A stretch of 64,000 bases of DNA from Spirochaetia bacterium (lineage in GTDB: Bacteria > Spirochaetota > Spirochaetia > DSM-2461), in NCBI GenBank assembly GCA_963666985.2, contig CAXXIA010000002.1:224001-288000 (forward strand). Direction: 5' to 3'. Under the pieces are notes generated by a model. It was not told the origin of the DNA. It worked only from the letters and a program-made list of their open reading frames with translations, and searched no databases. Below are positions 43,413 to 58,674 of this stretch, piece after piece (within the stretch, counting starts at the first letter, position 1; every line of letters starts with the position of its first letter). A program made the translations under genes and the position numbers.

Positions 43413-43735
43413 GGTCAAGCCTCATGGAAAATTAGTATCGGTCTGTTGCATCTGTTTCCACACTTCCACAGCCGGCCTATCAACCAGGTATTCTTCCTGG
43501 TTCCTTCAGGGCTCTTAAAGAGCCTGGGATGTCTCATCTTGAGGGGGGCTTCCCACTTAAATGCTTTCAGCGGTTATCCCGTCCGAACGTAGCTACCCAG
43601 CACTTACCCTTGGCAGGATAACTGGTACACCAGAGGTTCGTCCATTTCAGTCCTCTCGTACTAAAAACAGATCCTCTCAAACATCCATCGCTCGAGGCAG
43701 ATAGGGACCGAACTGTCTCGCGACGTTCTGAACCC
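43413..43735 (-). pseudogene. rrl: 23S rRNA 3'-terminal fragment (323 nt)
   Basis: Matches 47171-47493 with six substitutions; begins abruptly at GGGTTCAGAACGTCG. Confidence 0.92.
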
Positions 43736-43914
43736 TTTTCTTGCCTGGATTCTTCCCGAATCATCTTTTTCTTGACGTTCATCGCTACCTAAAGACTGAC
43801 AGAACAGATTATTCGGCGGTTTTTACTTAACAAACCGCGATTCCTGTAGCGTTCTTGGTCCAGAACTCCGCACAACTCCTGAACTCGGAGATAGCTTTTC
43901 CTCTTAGTTTATCG

Positions 43915-45021
43915 TTACCCGTTGAAGAAGGCGCTCCAGTCGGGATCGGTATCAATATCCGTCGGACGGTCAGCCAGGAACGTATCAATGAAAGCCCACT
44001 CTATCAGGAAATCATCATAGTCGATATTATAAACCGGTTCAATTTGAGCTGCGGCATCTAGAAGAGCGGCAAGATCCGCGAGTTCGGATTGAAGATCGGC
44101 TACGATATTCTCCGACCCGGCATCGAGAAAATACTGGTTGAAATAGTCCCTGTAATAGTCCTGGAAAACCGAAGATTCCAGCATCCTGCTAGTCAGCCTG
44201 TTGTTGCCGCCGATTTCCGAATAGGAATACGAATGATCGTGGTCCCACGGAAGAACGCGTGCTCCATTATTGAAATAGATGTAGTAGTTCGAAAAGGAGA
44301 GGTTACTCACTCCAAAAAAATCCAGGACCACCATATAGCGGGCCATGTCTTCCAAGTCGACGTTTTCCTCGATCCAAGGGACCCATTGGGAAGTGGGCAT
44401 GTTGCGCGAATTCGCCTCGAGTCGTTCCAGGAGACTGAAGTCGTCGTCGTCCGGGAACTTCTTTTCGCTTCGACCTCGAATCGGAGAATCAGACATGTAT
44501 AAGATCTTGAACAACTGTCCGGAACCGCCGTAGTGATCATCCAATTCCTCCGAATAGAGCGGTAGCCTGTTGTAGTAGCCCAAATACTCGTTGTTCAGAA
44601 ACAAGCCGATCGGTTCAAGTTGCGGCACCGGCAGACCAACCCGTTCATAGGCATACATCGCCAGTTTGTATCCGAACCAGGAATCTCCGCCGCCGTCGAG
44701 GGCGACTTTGATCTCCTCACCGTCTTCGTCCGTGTATCTGAGGGTAAACGACTTCTTTGCATTTAATCTTGAATAATTGCCTCTTATGCGAATGTCGGCG
44801 TTCGAGATCATACTGCCGTCATCAAATCGGCACACCGCATAATTGCTGTAGGTGACACTGTCATAGAGAACCGCAAGTTCATCCTCTCCGATATAGATGT
44901 CAAATCGCGAAAGATTCCCGATATCCTGATTCGTCGAGGTGCGAAAACCAACGAACTCACCACAGGATGCGAGAATAAGGGACGCGGCGACTAAATATGG
45001 ACCTGGACCACGAGACCACAT
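43915..45021 (-). CDS. CotH kinase family lipoprotein
   Basis: Lipobox LASC; IRIRGNYSR..KKSF, LFLNNEYLGYY, NYYIY, LPWDHDHSY. Confidence 0.85.
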   Translation of the reverse strand: MWSRGPGPYLVAASLILASCGEFVGFRTSTNQDIGNLSRFDIYIGEDELAVLYDSVTYSNYAVCRFDDGSMISNADIRIRGNYSRLNAKKSFTLRYTDEDGEEIKVALDGGGDSWFGYKLAMYAYERVGLPVPQLEPIGLFLNNEYLGYYNRLPLYSEELDDHYGGSGQLFKILYMSDSPIRGRSEKKFPDDDDFSLLERLEANSRNMPTSQWVPWIEENVDLEDMARYMVVLDFFGVSNLSFSNYYIYFNNGARVLPWDHDHSYSYSEIGGNNRLTSRMLESSVFQDYYRDYFNQYFLDAGSENIVADLQSELADLAALLDAAAQIEPVYNIDYDDFLIEWAFIDTFLADRPTDIDTDPDWSAFFNG

Positions 45022-46124
45022 AGCAACTCCAAAGCCGTGACTAAAGCGGGGTCGTAATAAGTATTGATGCCCAATCCCAGATCGAACTGTATCAGAAAGG
45101 TTTTGTCCCAATCAAAGGTGTTCCCAGCTCGTACTTGAACACAGGAACTTTCCGGTCGGTCGATCTGATGAATCAGGTAGGAAAGGCTCAATCCGGGACG
45201 CCAGACGAAATCGTCTTTCCCGACGCCCCAACCGGCGTAGACGTCCGTACCCCACAACCACGTAACGTCATTGCCGCCCGCTTAGTGGACGTATCCAATT
45301 GGATCGACGAGGTTGTTCGCCAGAGTCGTCTCGAATTTATACATGAGACCGCGGCGCTTCGAATAATCGGCCGCGACGATGTTGAATAGGAAGTTGTTGT
45401 CGTGAGTATACGTATGAAGCCTGTATTCGTGATACCAATACGGATAATAAGATGCCGTTACACCGACATACGTATCCTCGCCGGCAAAAGCCCAGAGAAA
45501 GGCACCGTCGATTTGAACTTCCCGCGCCGACGGCTGAAAGTACAAATGAACCTGTCCGGATATCGGCTCGTCTTTCCCCTTGTATTTCCTGTAATAGCGA
45601 GCCCCTACGGCTCCAGATGTGTACCAACCCATATCGGCCAGGCGTTCCCGGATGGGATTTGATTCTCCGACGATGTTCTGCTTAGAAGTCAGGATGTCGT
45701 CAAGAAGAAGCCAGCTATCAAACAATCCGACTTTAATGTTCCAGGAACCGAAGTCGTATTTCCCCCAGACCTCTTCAAGTCGTATCGCATCAGTTCCGAT
45801 GTCCACTCCGATTTGGAAATCCCAATCGTCCTTGACCTCGTAGGTCAACGCAGTATCGCAACCCAGTGCGAAATAGTCCTCAAAGATACGATCCTGATCG
45901 ATATCGAAGTAGAATTTCGTATCCAGCGTGAGATCCTTGCCTAATTCGATATCTCCGTACACGAAGTGGATCCCGATTCCCAAGAAAAGAGCAAAGACTA
46001 TGTTTCGACGATGTATGCTCAGCAGTGTGTTCCCTTCTATCGATGAATACTGGAACCTCGTCGGGTCGCCCCATCCCGTTCGGGGAGCGATCACGAACTC
46101 GATCCTTACTTCTTCGTGATTCAA
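44991..46124 (-). pseudogene. Putative outer-membrane beta-barrel/porin with an in-frame TAA at 45282-45284
   Basis: ORFs 45282-46124 and 44991-45257 share one frame (GYVH*AGGNDVTWLWG). Alternating beta-strand pattern (EEVWGKYDFGSWNIKVG). Start uncertain. Confidence 0.6.
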
Positions 46125-46500
46125 ATGGTCAGTGATTTCGCTTCGCCGACGACACCGACAATATGAATTGTGTTAATTTCGGTTAAAATAGTCAACGGCT
46201 TGATGAATTGAATCTTCGCGCTCTTCTTCGAAGTCCACAGCACATTGAGTAGGCGTCCGATCCCGTCTTTTCCTTGATGGCATCGATCGTTTCGGGATCC
46301 AACGCAGATCGACTCGCAGACACATTGATTCTGTAAACATTGGTGAATTGGTGCCACATACCGAATTGAACCCGATTCAGAATGAGCATGAGGACAGCGA
46401 TAAAAGCCGTCAGAACCAAGGCATGTCCAATCCTGAGGAGAGTCCAACCATACTATGGCGAGGAAGATATACGACATGTCCACCGGATTCTCAAGGGTGC
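46121..46500 (-). pseudogene. DUF4956-family membrane protein remnant (N-truncated, frameshifted)
   Basis: Three frames stitch to TLENPVDMSYIFLAIV / VGLSSGL / HALVLTAFIAVLMLILNRVQFG. DUF4956 genes commonly neighbour CotH genes. Confidence 0.6.
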
Positions 46501-46536
46501 AGGTCAACGCTTCTACAGTCATCGCTATAGCAAGAA

Positions 46537-46589
46537 AAGCCCCAAGCATTGGAGTAAAAGAAAAGCAAGATGCTCAATCTCCAAAACTT

Positions 46590-46596
<7 letters not shown>
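46537..46596 (-). terminator. Terminator-like hairpin after the proximal 5S
   Basis: AAGCCCCAAGttTTGGAG, 24 nt, CTCCAAtgCTTGGGGCTT followed by TTCTT on the minus strand. Confidence 0.55.
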
Positions 46597-50101
<3,505 letters not shown>

Positions 50102-50380
50102 ATATTATTCTTTAACCCTTCCCTATTAGGTCCAATTCACCTTGGACGTGCAAATTACAACGTCTATGTGAGCCGAAAGCGGAAATAGACTTGGTAATTT
50201 GCCAAGACGGCCAAATGAATTGGACCGCTCGCCATGTTACCGACGAATCCAGATCTGCCGATTCACGCTCACGTAAATCAAACCTCATTACTATTTCAAA
50301 GAACAAGCTCCCTTAGGAGCTTCGGACCCGCCTCAACGAGATCAATTCAACAGAACCGATCAATAAGGCGCGACGCCAAT

Positions 50381-50454
<74 letters not shown>

Positions 50455-50720
50455 GGATGCTTGGCCGAGCAGCAAGCGTGCTTGCGACCAGACCCGATTT
50501 CATAATTCTTTTCGGAACAGAGAAGAGAAGAAAGAGACACGCTTTGCGGCCGAAGCCGCATCCTGTCGAAACTCGAATACTCGCTAAAACGCTTACGCAT
50601 TTCAGCTGTTTTGCGTCGGCATACACAAAATCCGACGACTTTTGGACTGTTACCGTCCTTGTGCTCGCTACGTTCCTCGGCCAAAGACCTGCGGTACGCA
50701 GCTGCTTACCTTTCACATTG

Positions 50721-52262
<1,542 letters not shown>

Positions 52263-52690
52263 ATAATAAGCGTCCGAAGACGCTCTTTCTCATAGGTGTT
52301 CTTCGCCATCTCTCAATCCTAAAATTAAGTCATGGCTTTCGTGCCCTCATCGGACACCGGGGTGGCTCACCCCTTGCCAGAGTCGTATCACAGGAACTCT
52401 CGCTCCTATAACAACCCCGACATCATTGACGAGTTCTTAACTCGACAAGATTCTTAGAATGCGATTTTTCTTTCTTGCAAAAGTAAAATCACACCCCAGA
52501 ACAGGCGCACTCCGCGACATTTCATTCGCCGCTTCACGCGCCACGCGTGGTCTCTTTCTTCCCTTCCCTGTTCTTTATCGATTTGGCAATCGGATATGAA
52601 TCCGTTTACAAGACCGATCATCTAAAAAGAACTACCGAACGGCATTCGTGTACCGTCCTTAACGCACCCCAGTGTTTGAAGCGCTCGATG

Positions 52691-52719
52691 AAAGTACGCC
52701 ATGCGAATAAAAAAGTCAA
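52691..52719 (-). promoter_or_regulatory. rRNA operon sigma70 promoter
   Basis: TTGACT, 17 nt, TACTTT on the minus strand; boxA-like GTTCTTT near 52625-52632. Confidence 0.65.
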
Positions 52720-52815
52720 GGCGTCTGAAAAGAAATATTTAACAGTATTTCAACAGACGGCCCCTCATGGCGGTTGAAGACCAAAAAGAACGGCGATTCC
52801 ATGATAAATCGCCGA

Positions 52816-53412
52816 CTAATCCGACATGAATTTCTTGTGTGTATCGGTTTTCAGATAACCGAGGAAATAATCAATAAAGGAAAAGAGCGCCGCGGCAGCC
52901 GAAATGATGAATAATCCCGCGACAATCAGCTCCGCGCGATTCATCCATTCGAAATTCGGCCGCCAAGCCCTGAGGGTCAGCACACTCAGTCCGCCGAGAC
53001 CGCTGATAAAATATAATACCGATTTAAGCTTTCCGCCTTTATTCGCCGCCAAGGCAATTCCTTCACGGGCCAGCAGCATCCTGACGAACATTATGCCCAA
53101 TTCCCTCCAAAGGATAATGGCAAGAGTCCAAATAGGCATTAATCCTGCGCCGACAAAGCATACGAAATAGGTTATCCGCAGAAAAACATCGGAGAACGGA
53201 TCCATCAGCTTTCCAATATCACTGACTTGCCCGCGCGATCGGGCAAAATGCCCGTCAAGAATGTCGGTTATTTCACTGACTATAAAAAGAATCCAGAGAA
53301 GAAACGTCCCGACCTTTGGAAACAGCCCGAGATGAAAGGGCAAATACCAAGAAAAGAATACAAGCGGCGTACAGAACAGTCTTGTCAAAGTGAGTTTGTT
53401 TGAAAGGGTCAT
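52816..53412 (-). CDS. pgsA: CDP-diacylglycerol--glycerol-3-phosphate 3-phosphatidyltransferase
   Basis: SNKLTLTR, TDILDGHFARSRGQVSDIGKLMDPFSD, GGKLKS. Confidence 0.9.
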   Translation of the reverse strand: MTLSNKLTLTRLFCTPLVFFSWYLPFHLGLFPKVGTFLLWILFIVSEITDILDGHFARSRGQVSDIGKLMDPFSDVFLRITYFVCFVGAGLMPIWTLAIILWRELGIMFVRMLLAREGIALAANKGGKLKSVLYFISGLGGLSVLTLRAWRPNFEWMNRAELIVAGLFIISAAAALFSFIDYFLGYLKTDTHKKFMSD

Positions 53413-53548
53413 TGCCTCAAATATAGGCCTGCTCTTCAAAGGGGTCAACAAAGAGCCGTTTTCTCCGGTAAAAGAAGGACCGCGTGATACGCACCGGGGG
53501 CCCGCGGCCATGCACGGCGCCCCCTTCCGCCCCGAAAAGACCAGCCGA

Positions 53549-55096
53549 TCAGCCCGCCCTGTATTTCGTTCGCAAATAATCCAGAAAGAAAGTCGGATTG
53601 ACCGAATCACCGGTTACCCGCCGGCAGAGATTTTCGGGCGTGTGGATTCTTCCATGTTCATGGATTTCCCTGCGCAGCCATCCGAGTACGGCTCCCGAAT
53701 CACCGCGGCGGAAAACATCGTCCAATGAGCCGATCTCTTTTTCCATGGCATTCGCGAACTGAGCGGCATAGAGATTCCCCAAGGCATAGGTGGGAAAATA
53801 TCCGAGCAGCCCGCAAGACCAATGAACATCCTGAAGACAACCGTCGGCATCGTTCATCGGCTCAATACCCAAATATTTCTTATAGGACTCCCGCCAGGCC
53901 CCGGGAAGATCGTCGACTGTCAGATCGCCTGAAATCAGGGCCCGTTCCAGACGAAATCGGATAATGATGTGATACGAATAGGTTACCTCGTCCGCATCCA
54001 CACGAATCAAACTCGGTCTGACGATATTCACCGCCCGGTAAAAATCCTCAACGCCGACTCCTTCCAAACAATCGGGGAACAGCGTGGTGAAATCATGAAA
54101 CCAGAAATCCCAGAAGGCTCGGGATCGACCCACGATATTCTCCCAAAACCGCGACTGAGATTCATGGATTCCCAGACCGGCCCCGTCGGCAAGCGTGGTT
54201 CCTCTGACGGACAATCCCATGCCCTGTTCATAGAGCCCGTGGCCGGCTTCATGAATATTGCTGAACAATCCGGAAAAAACATTTCTCTCGTCGTATCGCG
54301 TGGTAACACGAATATCATCCGGCCCCAAAGTAGTCGTGAACGGATGAGCACTCAGGTCGAGACGGCCCCTTTTCGCATCGAAACCCATGAATTCCTGTAT
54401 TCGCTTACCGAAGATATCCTGCTTGTCGATCGGATAGGATTGATTCAGGAAAGGCGCGGAAACGGCAGGCCGCGATAAAATGGATTCCAGTATGGGGTTC
54501 AGCCCTTTAAGCAGTTCGTCGAAAAGAACAGAAAGCTGATCCCCTCTCGCTCCGGGTTCATAGTCATCCAATAAAGTGTCATAGATATCGCCCTCCGGAG
54601 AAACCGCCGCCGCGTACTCTTTCTCCAGTTCGATAACCGTCGCCAGATGCGGTGCGAACGAATCGTAATCATCATTCTTCCGCGAGTTAACCCACGCCGA
54701 CTGCGATAAAGAGGTTTCCCGGGCCAGATCCTCGACAAGCTTTTTCGGAACATTCACGGCCTTTTTCCAGCGCTTATGAACCTCCCGGAAAAACGCGGCT
54801 CCCACTTCACCGGCCGAATCGGCCGAGTCGGCCGCTTGAGGATTGGGCGCGGAGGATTCGTTAAGCGCGCCCTCCTCCCCTATCCCGACGGCGGAAAATA
54901 AATCACTCCATTCGGCATCGATAATCCGCTCATGGCGCATTCCGGCCAGCAAGGCCGTTTGAGCGGCCCTTTCCTTTGAGGCATCTTCGGGCATATAGGT
55001 TTCCTGATCCCACTCCAAGAGCGCAATGATCTGACCGAGACGGACAACTTCCGCGTCCTTGGCCTTCAGACGTTCCAATGCATCTTTAATATTCAT
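53549..55096 (-). CDS. M32 carboxypeptidase (Taq-like)
   Basis: WDQETYMP, HPF, HEAGH, HESQSRFWEN, IRVDADE, GYFPTYALG. Confidence 0.95.
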   Translation of the reverse strand: MNIKDALERLKAKDAEVVRLGQIIALLEWDQETYMPEDASKERAAQTALLAGMRHERIIDAEWSDLFSAVGIGEEGALNESSAPNPQAADSADSAGEVGAAFFREVHKRWKKAVNVPKKLVEDLARETSLSQSAWVNSRKNDDYDSFAPHLATVIELEKEYAAAVSPEGDIYDTLLDDYEPGARGDQLSVLFDELLKGLNPILESILSRPAVSAPFLNQSYPIDKQDIFGKRIQEFMGFDAKRGRLDLSAHPFTTTLGPDDIRVTTRYDERNVFSGLFSNIHEAGHGLYEQGMGLSVRGTTLADGAGLGIHESQSRFWENIVGRSRAFWDFWFHDFTTLFPDCLEGVGVEDFYRAVNIVRPSLIRVDADEVTYSYHIIIRFRLERALISGDLTVDDLPGAWRESYKKYLGIEPMNDADGCLQDVHWSCGLLGYFPTYALGNLYAAQFANAMEKEIGSLDDVFRRGDSGAVLGWLRREIHEHGRIHTPENLCRRVTGDSVNPTFFLDYLRTKYRAG

Positions 55097-55293
55097 AGTG
55101 TCTCAATCCCTCGCGTTTCGGCTTTCAACCGGCGGTCGGAAGATGTTCCGCGATTCTCGGGAATCTCCGTACCGATATTACGGACCCGGCTTACCGCCAC
55201 AATTCCGGCAAACATCCGAATCATCCATATTCAGCCGAACTCCATGATATCCGGCGCGGCCGGAGTCGAGAAGTGAATAGAAGCAAGACCTAA

Positions 55294-55433
55294 CAGGCTG
55301 TTGAAAAAGTAAGATTTGGTTCGAAGATAGCGAGCGAGACTCGCAGCTCGCTGCCGAATCAAGCACAGAAAGCGCAGCGTACTGGCTGATTCAACGCCGT
55401 ATACGAGCCATAAGGTCCTTTTTCAACAGCCTG
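55294..55433. mobile_element. MITE-like element, copy 2 (about 22 bp shorter internally)
   Basis: Same TIRs and interior as 42598-42759. Confidence 0.75.
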
Positions 55434-55647
55434 CTGATAAAACCCTTGCCGGCGTACCTGATGAATCTGTGGAATCAAGAAGCGGCCGCAGGGGGAGGTC
55501 TCCCGATGACTCCGATGCGGCCCTTCCCGAAAAAAAGGGACCGTCCCTCCCGGAACGGCCCCCGCCTTATCTTTGAGCCTCCCGATTACCGCCCGCACGT
55601 GGCGGCATCCCGGGAAAATCATTACAGTGAAGAGCCCGCCGGGGGCT

Positions 55648-56382
55648 TTATCGCCGCTTCACAGAACCGCGTCCGCTTATGCTTACCCGCTCTTCGGAAA
55701 CCTCTCCGGTATACGTAATGCGTCCCCAACCGCTGATGCCGCCCTCCAGAACACCGCCGTCCATAAACAGCCGAACTCCACCGGCGCCGTCGAGATCAAC
55801 CCGAGCGTTTTTCACGGGCATTTCCGTCAAATCCACATGACCGATTCCATCAAGTCTGATGAAGATGTTTTCAACCGACGAATCTTCGGCAACCACACCG
55901 GCGGCTCCTCCGATTTCCAAGTTCATCGACTCTTCATGAAATCCGGATAAGTTGATTTCACCAGATCCGGTCATATTAACGCCGGAGAGCAACGGCATTC
56001 CGATAAACGCTTCGGGACCCGAGTCGGAGCAATCCTGCATCAGGCAGGAAAGAACGAGGGTGCGGCCCTCGGTTCTTACGGAGATCTCATCACTCATGGA
56101 TTTAGGGTAAGAAATATCAATCGAATATCCGGTACTTTTATGCAATTGCACCGACCAAGCACCGTCGATCAGGATTTCATCGAAGTCTTTAAAATCGGGA
56201 GACATCGATTCCCTGCGGTCATCATCTTGCCTGTGTGAAGTTTTTCTAATGCCGTTATTACGGGAGACGGATTCGGGAACGAAATCCCAGCCGATCGCGA
56301 TTCTCCCGAGAATCATCACCATCAGCATTATCAGAAGAACCGTTCCCGTGGCAATCAGCAATATTTTCGCGCTGCTTCTCAT
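55648..56382 (-). CDS. DUF2807/GIN-domain beta-helix protein
   Basis: N-terminal TM, DFDEILIDG, repeated GSG/GAG-x-V/I motifs, ITYTG. Confidence 0.75.
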   Translation of the reverse strand: MRSSAKILLIATGTVLLIMLMVMILGRIAIGWDFVPESVSRNNGIRKTSHRQDDDRRESMSPDFKDFDEILIDGAWSVQLHKSTGYSIDISYPKSMSDEISVRTEGRTLVLSCLMQDCSDSGPEAFIGMPLLSGVNMTGSGEINLSGFHEESMNLEIGGAAGVVAEDSSVENIFIRLDGIGHVDLTEMPVKNARVDLDGAGGVRLFMDGGVLEGGISGWGRITYTGEVSEERVSISGRGSVKRR

Positions 56383-56750
56383 TGCGCATGCTCCTTCCCT
56401 CGCCGTTCGTAGAGGGTAACCAATTCCCGTATATCCATTCCAATTTTCTCCATCATTTCGAAGATTCTCGGAAGATCCTCCTCGATGAAAATTTTTCTCA
56501 TATCATCCATGATCTTTTCCTGTGCCTCTTCGCCGACGAAATACCCGATACCGCGGCGATTCTCAATAATTCCTTCATCCAGCAGCGACTGGTAACTCCG
56601 GGCGACCGTGTTGGGATTCACACCGAGATTCACGGCCATTTCACGAACCGAAGGAATTTTCTCTCCGGCGCTCCATTCTCCGCCGGCGATACGATCGCTG
56701 ACCTGATCCGCAATTTGCTGATAGATTCCCTTGGGCTGATTAAATTCCAT
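56379..56750 (-). CDS. GntR-family regulator (YtrA subfamily)
   Basis: IYQQI, KIPSVREMA..LGVNPNTVARSY, RRGIGYFV; short C-terminus. Confidence 0.92.
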   Translation of the reverse strand: MEFNQPKGIYQQIADQVSDRIAGGEWSAGEKIPSVREMAVNLGVNPNTVARSYQSLLDEGIIENRRGIGYFVGEEAQEKIMDDMRKIFIEEDLPRIFEMMEKIGMDIRELVTLYERRGKEHAQ

Positions 56751-57528
56751 AGCTGCTTTGGGTTTCCCTCACCCTGAACCAGGATAGAATCCAGCATAAC
56801 GGAGCCATTATTCCGTAAAGGAAAACCTTACCCATCGTCTCCAGAACCGAAAGGAGTACGGGGAAACGTGATTCAATGACACGGGCGATATCGAAGCGGA
56901 TATCCTTCGGGACAAAAAAGCCGTCGAAATAAGGCGCATAGACGATGCGGAAGAGTCCTCCCGCGATCAATCCGAAAGCGAAAATAAAAAGGATAACCGC
57001 CAAAACCGTTTTAACGAAATGCGTTTTCTTGAACCACGCCGCTCCCAAAAAGAAAATCGACTGTATGATGATGGCATATCCGATAACCGGCCAATTGCAC
57101 CCCGCGAACGGATTAAACGGAATAAAGGAAAAACCGAACACCAATGATGTCACGGTTTCGGCAATCATCGAGCCCGCCGTGATGAAAATCAGGATGAAAA
57201 GGGGCAGAATTACGGAAACCGTCAGCAGCCGGACCAATGTCTTCTCCAGCGCCGAAGCGGGCAGAAGCAGAAAGGCCTCATTCTTATCCTTATCGTGCAG
57301 CTCCATGAAAGCACGGCTTGCCGCGATACAGCCCCAGATAAAAAGCGTCCCGAAGAAATAGGCGCTGTATTCCATGGATCGCCCCCCTTCGATAAGGGCC
57401 CCGAGAAACGAAAAGATTATCATGGACCCGGAAACCGCCGCGGCAGCGATGAGGTTTCCTCTCCAGGAATCGAACAGATCCTTTCGAGTCAAATACCAAA
57501 GACGCTTCAAGCTCAGGATACGGCTCAT
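56740..57528 (-). CDS. ABC-2-type permease
   Basis: Six TMs, LLLPASALEK motif; operonic with the ATPase. Confidence 0.75.
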   Translation of the reverse strand: MSRILSLKRLWYLTRKDLFDSWRGNLIAAAAVSGSMIIFSFLGALIEGGRSMEYSAYFFGTLFIWGCIAASRAFMELHDKDKNEAFLLLPASALEKTLVRLLTVSVILPLFILIFITAGSMIAETVTSLVFGFSFIPFNPFAGCNWPVIGYAIIIQSIFFLGAAWFKKTHFVKTVLAVILFIFAFGLIAGGLFRIVYAPYFDGFFVPKDIRFDIARVIESRFPVLLSVLETMGKVFLYGIMAPLCWILSWFRVRETQSSYGI

Positions 57529-58379
57529 ACGGTACCTCTCTTTGCACTGAAAACCGTTTCATACACCTCCGGACGGGAAATGACGGTGTTGAAGAGAATC
57601 TCCAAATCTATGGGACCTCCGTTCTCATCGGCTCCTTTCCACACCGACCAATACCCTCCCACGGAGGCTTCCGTGTAAAGAAGTCCTTCGGCATCCGATT
57701 TGGGCGGCGATGAGGTACGGGTCATATGAATACAGTCGTAAACCTCGTTCATCCCATGGTCGAAAATCACCTTCCCCTCATGAAGGATGGTCACCGGATC
57801 AATCAGGGAATCCACATCCCGAACCTGATGTGTCGAAATGATAAAAAGCCTCTCGTCATCAAGCGCCTCGGCGACCAGCCGGCGAAAAAGCCCTTTGGAC
57901 GGAATATCCAGTCCGTTGGTCGGCTCATCCAGAACCAAAAGCTCACAGCCGCAGGCCATTCCGAACGACAGAAGAAACTTCTTTTTCTGACCGTAGGAAA
58001 GCTTGTGAAGCTTCTTCCCCCTGGGGAGATCGAATTCCCGAAGGTAGCGCTCAAAGCGCTCGTTGTCGAAACGCGGATAAAACGCCGAATGGGATACGAC
58101 GAATTCCTGCTCCGACATAGCCGGAGTGTAGATTTCCTCCGGCAAAACGAAAATGCGGGAAAGAAAATCGGGATACCTGCGGGAAGGAGTCTCTCCGAGT
58201 ACGGTGATATCTCCCGCCTTCGGAAAAAGAAGCCCCGAGAAGAGTTTCATCAGCGTGCTTTTCCCCGCGCCGTTGAGTCCCAAGAGCCCGTAAATGTTGC
58301 CTTTATGCATTTCCAGGCTCAACTCATCAAATAGAATGCTTCCGTTGTACCCGAAAGTCATCCCTGCAAGTGAAATCAT
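57525..58379 (-). CDS. ABC transporter ATP-binding protein
   Basis: GLNGAGKST, LSYGQKKK, LDEPTNGLDIPSK. Confidence 0.92.
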   Translation of the reverse strand: MISLAGMTFGYNGSILFDELSLEMHKGNIYGLLGLNGAGKSTLMKLFSGLLFPKAGDITVLGETPSRRYPDFLSRIFVLPEEIYTPAMSEQEFVVSHSAFYPRFDNERFERYLREFDLPRGKKLHKLSYGQKKKFLLSFGMACGCELLVLDEPTNGLDIPSKGLFRRLVAEALDDERLFIISTHQVRDVDSLIDPVTILHEGKVIFDHGMNEVYDCIHMTRTSSPPKSDAEGLLYTEASVGGYWSVWKGADENGGPIDLEILFNTVISRPEVYETVFSAKRGTV

Positions 58380-58397
58380 GTCTTATCGTCCTCCTAG

Positions 58398-58427
58398 ACT
58401 ACTGTACTACCACAGTAGCACAGTAGT
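58398..58427. promoter_or_regulatory. 13-4-13 palindrome, putative YtrA/GntR operator
   Basis: ACTACTGTACTAC-caca-GTAGCACAGTAGT (one mismatch) upstream of the ABC-GntR operon. Confidence 0.65.
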
Positions 58428-58674
58428 GCAATAAATTCAACTTCTTATAAAAGGTTTACGAAGCTTTCTTCTTTTTTAGTACGAGGAGGAGGGTTTTCAA
58501 CGGTCTCTATAGGACGCATTCATGCGGAAAATGTTAATTCTGTTTGCGCTCTGTTATTACTTTATTTACCCCAGGTCAATTATTCTCATGAAAACGCCGT
58601 ATTTCTTGCGTTTCCATGAATTTACTGTAAGTTAAACGTGAGAAGGCATCCCAGTCGGATACCGGGGAGAGACC

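Larger units (their letters stand above)
42832..43735. repeat. 904-bp direct repeat, copy A (5S + spacer + 23S 3' end)
   Basis: Aligns to 46590-47493 with offset 3758 at both ends. Confidence 0.95.

Noticed and set aside
43567..43782. 71-aa ORF as a real protein
   Set aside because: Chimera of a 16-codon truncated gene start and 23S sequence; used only as junction evidence.
14498..45284. TAA recoding suggested by two in-frame TAA stops (ppk2 and the porin)
   Set aside because: TAA ends many normal genes here (for example thrS and guaC); independent mutations or errors are simpler.
43736..46589. Group I intron or intervening sequence in 23S
   Set aside because: The upstream 23S is complete and normal-sized, the cassette lies after 5S, and there is no homing endonuclease or intron core.
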